DNA from: Callorhinchus milii
Taxonomy: Eukaryota
Assembly (NCBI RefSeq): GCF_018977255.1
Contig: NW_024704742.1
Location: forward strand, 70,000,001 to 70,064,000
Length of the DNA: 64,000 nt
Direction of reading: 5' to 3'
Under the pieces are notes generated by a model, which was given only the letters and a program-made list of their open reading frames with translations, did no database searches and was not told the origin of the DNA. The stretch's first letter is position 1. Every line of letters begins with the position of its first letter. Shown one piece after another: positions 59,845-64,000 of the stretch. The position numbers and the translations under genes are program-made.

Positions 59845-61399
59845 AGCCCTTCCCGGGAATCGAACCCGGGCTCTCACCACTACGCTACAGGACTCCATGA
59901 CTTCTCTCTGGGGGATGTCAGGGTGCTTGTGACAGGTGTGAGAGCAGAGTTGATTGGGGGTATATAAGAGAGAATTGGAATTTGAAGTTAGGCTGAGGGG
60001 TTCTTGGAGGAGCAAAGACTGAGTTGAAAAACAAATGGGTCGAATGTCCGAGTGTATCATATGGTTCAAAGAACGCATCGTTTTCAAGATCCTCACACCT
60101 ACCTACAAAACACTTTACATCCAAACCTCTTTCCAACCTGGTCACACCGCAATCCTCTCCCTGCCCCCTTCGCTCAGCTGGCTCTGGCCTCCTGCACTTT
60201 CCTTGTCCCCTCCGTTCCACCATCAGCGGCCATGCTCTCAGCCCTTACGCCCCGAACCTCTGGAACTCCCTGCCTCAATCCCTCTACCTTGCTACCCCCT
60301 TACCCATCTTCAGATCGCACCTGAAGACCTTCCTCTTCGACCATGCCTATGGACACCTGCCCTCTCTCTCTGGCTCTGAGTCAAGCTTGCCGAGACACTG
60401 CCCTGTGTGAAGGGCACTGTACAAATGCAAATTGTTGTTGTTGAACTGTGGGCAGAGTTCAGTCTACAGGACTTTAATCTAGTGATGCAATCCTCCACTA
60501 TTCCCCTCCCATCCTTTGCAAACATTGCAAGAAGGAGCAAAAATTGCAAAAAAAAAATCCAGGGTGTAAGGAGAAGCATTTTTTTAAACATTTGAGAGAG
60601 AACATTTGGAAAATGTATTCTTAGACTAAATTTGAAGCTATTTTTCTGCAGGTTATTTTAAGAACTACAGCAAACCAGCTCCCAAAACTCAAGATTTTAA
60701 CATTTGCACACTCAGAAATGTACAATTCTAAAGAGAATTAGATGGACTTTCTGACCCTTGAAATCTAAACGGAGTTTCAACATCAACAACAACAATTTGC
60801 ATTCATTGTGGAGTCCTATAGCATAGTGGTTAGTGAGCTCGCCTTGCAAGCGAGAGGATCCAAGTTCAATTCCTGGGTAATAATACCTAGGGAAAAAAAA
60901 TGTATTGACTCAATCCACGATTGTATGTGAGACACTGCTGTGTGCAACTGGTTGCCGCGTTTCACCCACAGAACACACAGTCAAGTCACTTTACAGTATA
61001 TCCTGTGAAGCACATTGAGACGTCTTGATGATGTGATAAGGTGCTATATCAAATGTAAGGATTGTTATTATTATTATTATTATATAGCTCCCTTTACACA
61101 GGTAATGTAGCAGGAGATTGCACAAAAACATCTTTGGTATTTTGTGTATGTGTAAAGAAAGCTGACATTTTGGAATGTCTGAGAACAGGCAGAGTCTGGC
61201 AGCTGAACACAGCAGCTGATGCCCTTGCGGAGGGTTTATGGTGCAGAATGTCAGCCGCCAGCGTGACCGGCAGAGCGCACACTGTGAGGGAGTCGGCTGT
61301 GAGCCAAACAGAACTTTAATGCAGCACCAGGGCTGTTCGAAAAAAGAAGGGAGTTTCTCTCTCCTGGTGGCCTGGCTGACGATCCCCTGGATATTTTTT

Positions 61400-62035
61400 G
61401 GTCAGCTGGGTGTCTTGACATGTGTGGAAACCCATCACCATGTTTAAGAGTGGTGAGAATTCCAAACCAAACCAGGAATGTCCATGCATCCATCTACCAA
61501 CTTCCTGACATGAAAGGCGCTATACAAATGTAATTTAGTATTGTACACATTGGAAATCCTGGAGATAGATTGTTGGAATGGCATGTGTGCTCTCTCCCTG
61601 GAGGGATGCATCCTCTTCACCTAATTCCGGCAAGGATAAGGTGCAGGTTGGCAAGAGGCAAGGCTTGGAGACCCCAGAGTGTGTGTTGGGGAACTGCTGA
61701 AGTCTAATCAGCTAAAACCACGTAGCTTGCCATTAAGAGGACTGCCTGGTAAGCTTTCCTGCTGCTGGTCCAGCTAGGACCACCTTACCCATTAGGGCTT
61801 TAGCTTGCAGGGTTAACAGGAGCTGAGTTGGAGGGTTACGTGTCTCCAGTGACTGGTCTATCCTAAGTCTGAGCTGGGCTGTGCTGCCATCAGCAGTACA
61901 TGTGGTATCAGCAGTGCCCTGGAATACTGCAGATCTGCCTGGATCCAGAACCGGACTAGTGACTGCCACAGAGGGTGGGCTCGATTCCGACCTTCCGTTG
62001 CCAAAAATTTCACCTTGGAGCCAGTTGAGCTCAGG
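61400..62035 (+). repeat. Unclassified ~600-bp interspersed repeat; other copies near 1930-2425, 13262-13355, 17745-18365, 26595-26700, 35120-35610, 53045-53375(-)
   Basis: Shared blocks gaaacccatc..gcttaagag, ccatgcatccc, ggttggcaag, ccagagtgtg.gttg, gtccagctaggaccac, cccagtgactgg. Confidence 0.75.
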
Positions 62036-62708
62036 ATTTTACTGTAAAGTCAGTGTGTATTTTATAGACAACCGCGGCAGCCAATTTGCACACTATAACG
62101 TCCCACACACAGCCATGAAATAAATGAACACATTTTATTTAGGAGATTGTTGGCCAGGACACCAGGCGAGAGAAACTCCCTTCTCTTTTCAAGTTGAGTG
62201 CTGGATCTTTAACATCCACAAGCACAGGCACTGACGGGGAGCTCGGTTTAACGTCTCATCTGACAGACGGCATCTCCAATAATACAGCGCTCCCCTCCCC
62301 CAGCACTGCACTGGAGCATCAGCCCTAACTTAGGTGCATTCAAAGTCACCCGATGAGGAGCTTGACACATAACTTTCTGACTCAGAGGGTAGAGTACTAC
62401 CAATAGAGCCAGGTTACGAACCATGCAGACTGTATCAGAGACATAACTGACAGCTCGACAGTTAGGTATTAGCAAAGTGCACTGGATTAATCTCGACACC
62501 GCAGCTGTGCACGTCAGGGCTGTCGAGCTCAGTTTGTGTTACCGCAGCAGCGAAACTCACCAATTTTCTTGTATCCAAAGCATTCGTTGCGGGGTGTAGA
62601 GTGGGGGAATTAATAAAAAAACAAACCTACAAACTGAATCATTTTAACTCCTTGAATTCTTCTAAATCAAATGTCTATATTTTCTAGCACTCAGGAATGC
62701 TGATCATC

Positions 62709-63164
62709 GGCCTGACTCAGTTGGTAGTGCTCTCGCTTCCGAGTCAGAGGTTTGTGGGTTCAAGCCCCCACGTCAGGACTTGGAATCGTCTAAGCTGCCA
62801 CTCCAATGAAGGGGGCGGGGGCGGGGCTGGGAGTGGGGGGAGATGCTGCATTGTCAGAGGTGTCGTCCTTCAGATGAAACGTTAAACCGAGGTCCCGTCT
62901 GCCTGTTCAGGTGGACGTTAAAAATCCTGCAGCGCTGTTGGGAAAGAGAAAGGAGTTTCTCACTCCTGGTGTCCTGGCCAACAATCCCCAAGATAAAAAT
63001 TGGTCACGCACTCCATGACTGTTTATAGAACATTGCCTTGCGTGAACTGGTTGCTGCGTTCACTTACCAATACACAGTCACCACACTTCACAGTAAAATT
63101 CCATGAAGCACTTTGTGATGTCTCGTTAATGCTATATCAAACGCAATGATTATTATTATTATTA
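62709..63164 (+). mobile_element. DeuSINE-like tRNA SINE, family B; others near 3960-4260(-), 7450-7790, 23525-23735, 23745-24070(-), 45810-46250, 49085-49466(-), 62030-62413(-)
   Basis: Head ctcagttggtag..gggttcaagccc, central gatga(g/a)acgttaaaccgaggtcccgtctgcctgttcaggtgga resembling the Deu domain, 3' half shared with family A. Confidence 0.78.
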
Positions 63165-64000
63165 CTCATTCATTGAAAGACTCAGGACTGAACTGAGTGT
63201 TGACTTGGGGAATGACTTTGAGTGTGGAGCGTGGGGGGAGAGAATTAATACATCACTATTTAATCTTATCAGAGACCCTAAAGTTCTCACAGTCTTGCCT
63301 AAAGATCTCTGCCTTTAAAATTCTGCTGTATTTTGGAAGATTTTCAAATTCATAGAGTTATACAGAGCGATAAAGAATAACACAGCACAGAAACAGAAAC
63401 TGCTTAACCCAACTAGTCTGTGCCGTTGTTTACACTCCATAGAAGACTACACCCCTCTATTCCCGTCTCCTAAACTCCTCTATTCCCATCTCCTACACCC
63501 CTCTATTCAATCTCCTACACGCCTCCATTCCTGTCTCCTACACCCTTCTATTCCCACCTCCTTCGTGTACATATCAAGTTTCCTCTTAACTATGTTGATA
63601 AGATGTCTTTTTGAGATGACGGGAAAGTGGCTTCTGAATAAAGGCCGGATTCCTGATTTTCCTCTGTTGTTCCGATGGATTTGCCGCTGGCCTGCGGGAA
63701 CGAACGTAGCTCCAGAAATAGATTGGGTGCGTGGGATCGGAGTTCCTGTGGGTTACGTGACCCAGGTCCGGTCACAGGAAACAGTCTCCATTTAAAACCA
63801 ATGGCCCACAGAAATTTACAGCACGGAAAAAGGACATTCATCCCATCATGTCTGTTTCTGGCTCTTTAAAGAACAATCTAGTCGGTCCCATTGATCTCCA
63901 TTGATCCCCTTCAAATGATTTTCTGTTAAGATATCTATCTAGTTCCCTCTTGGAAGTTAATATGGATTCTGCCTTGACCATTATCCCCAGCAAGGCATTC

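Noticed and set aside
51550..64000. Second coding exon of the HTR7-like gene (expected to begin YLGIT.PL.YP)
   Set aside because: Not found in the ORF track or by eye; presumably beyond the window, so its absence is not evidence of a pseudogene.

Overview
Vertebrate genomic DNA, very probably from a cartilaginous fish (inferred from the shark/chimaera-type tRNA-SINEs, DeuSINE-like elements and CR1/L2 LINEs; species not determinable here). It holds two protein-coding genes, both on the + strand. (1) A complete SLC4A11-like gene (BTR1/NaBC1 family): I traced 19 coding exons from ATG 11370 to TAG 40437, all with GT-AG introns and consistent phases, giving 2466 nt = 821 aa plus stop. (2) The first coding exon of an HTR7-like 5-HT7 receptor gene (51029-51549, TM1-TM3, intron inside the DRY motif); the rest lies beyond the window. 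Most remaining sequence is retroelement-derived: dozens of tRNA-Ala-headed SINEs and DeuSINE-like SINEs sharing a 3' stem-loop with L2-clade LINEs, one near full-length L2 (-), one near-intact 5'-truncated L2 nested in a SINE, CR1 scraps, two probable solo LTRs, an unclassified ~600-bp repeat, and several mini/microsatellites. Most intriguing: an antisense diverged copy of an SLC4A11 exon end plus splice donor in the last intron, two degenerate minimal hammerhead ribozyme motifs, a tandem pair of TATA promoters pointing antisense into the L2 inside HTR7 intron 1, and a decayed 28S rRNA-like fragment. Nothing prokaryotic (no CRISPR, no operon). Almost all short six-frame ORFs are repeat noise. 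Comparisons with human proteins and repeat families are from memory, not from searches.
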